Shown piece by piece: positions 35,274-35,796 of a stretch of 35,796 nt of DNA. The stretch's first letter is position 1, and every line of letters starts with the position of its first letter. A program made the translations under genes and the position numbers. Source of the DNA: a virus (taxonomy: Duplodnaviria; Caudoviricetes); the IMG/VR virus record IMGVR_UViG_3300043414_001159, positions 1-35,796 of that record, one strand, 5' to 3'. The notes below the pieces were generated by a model that had not been told where the DNA came from, did not search any database, and was given only the letters and a program-made list of their open reading frames with translations.

Positions 35274-35796
35274 CTATATATTTGTCCAATCTTTTAAGAG
35301 AAGATTTTGTATTAAAACTTTATTTGGAATATCGCGTTTAATCCATTTTGATGGCATAATAACCTTTTTATTTATATTTTTATTTAAAAATGCAGCCCAC
35401 CAAGAAAATGTACTATTAGAGATAATATTATGATCACATAAACTCATTAAAATAAAATCTAATAAATCATTAGAACCTTCACTAAAATAAAAATTTTTAT
35501 AATTATAAAAATTATTTTTACACCATTCTATATCGTCCGAAGTAACAAAAAAATTATAATCTCCATCAAAATGCTTAATCGCTTTATTAATGTATTCCAC
35601 ATCATTTAAATAGAATAAATTTTTATATTCTTGAACATAATCTCCTCTTCGAAAATGTATACTAATAATTTCTTTATTATTATATTTTTGTAAAATATTT
35701 TTAGCCTTTAAAATTAATTCATCATGAATAATTAATTCATTTTTTAATTCTTTTTCGTATTTTATAAAACATTTATATGATTGAAACCAACCTTCT
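35274..35796 (-). CDS. GT11 family (alpha-1,2-fucosyltransferase-like), 5' end beyond the window
   Basis: The frame stays open to the window end: EGWFQSYK...SIHFRRGDY...FVTSDDIEWC...DFILMSLCDHNIISNSTFSWWAAFL. Confidence 0.92.
   Translation of the reverse strand, partial: EGWFQSYKCFIKYEKELKNELIIHDELILKAKNILQKYNNKEIISIHFRRGDYVQEYKNLFYLNDVEYINKAIKHFDGDYNFFVTSDDIEWCKNNFYNYKNFYFSEGSNDLLDFILMSLCDHNIISNSTFSWWAAFLNKNINKKVIMPSKWIKRDIPNKVLIQNLLLKDWTNI

Overview
An AT-rich, densely packed segment of a large dsDNA bacteriophage genome (inferred from divergent, phage-style replication genes, a phage sigma-like factor and no bacterial housekeeping context); standard genetic code. It holds four blocks. (1) A divergent control region at about 3340-3510, with a GC-rich direct repeat lying between two facing sigma70-type promoters. 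(2) A replication and nucleotide module: class II B12-dependent RNR, RecA-like recombinase, dNMP kinase, DnaB, Toprim primase, dCMP deaminase, a PD-(D/E)XK nuclease, and a Pol III alpha-type replicase spread over three genes (PHP, DEDDh exonuclease, catalytic core). (3) An unusually large glycan-building kit: about 12 glycosyltransferase-like ORFs (GT4, a split GT9, GT-A/GT2-like, GT10, GT11), 3 SAM methyltransferases, GDP-mannose 4,6-dehydratase and an NTP-transferase/SDR/phosphodiesterase trio. (4) A block of short-module proteins with recurring (hydrophobic/Ala)-x-Ala boundaries, a HExxH-VWA plus MoxR AAA pair, and small membrane proteins. Many sigma70-type promoters sit 6-11 nt from a start codon (leaderless or nearly so), and a second TGTAA motif precedes other genes. 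I saw no tRNA, rRNA, CRISPR array, intein or transposase. All family calls come from motif recognition by eye, not from database searches.
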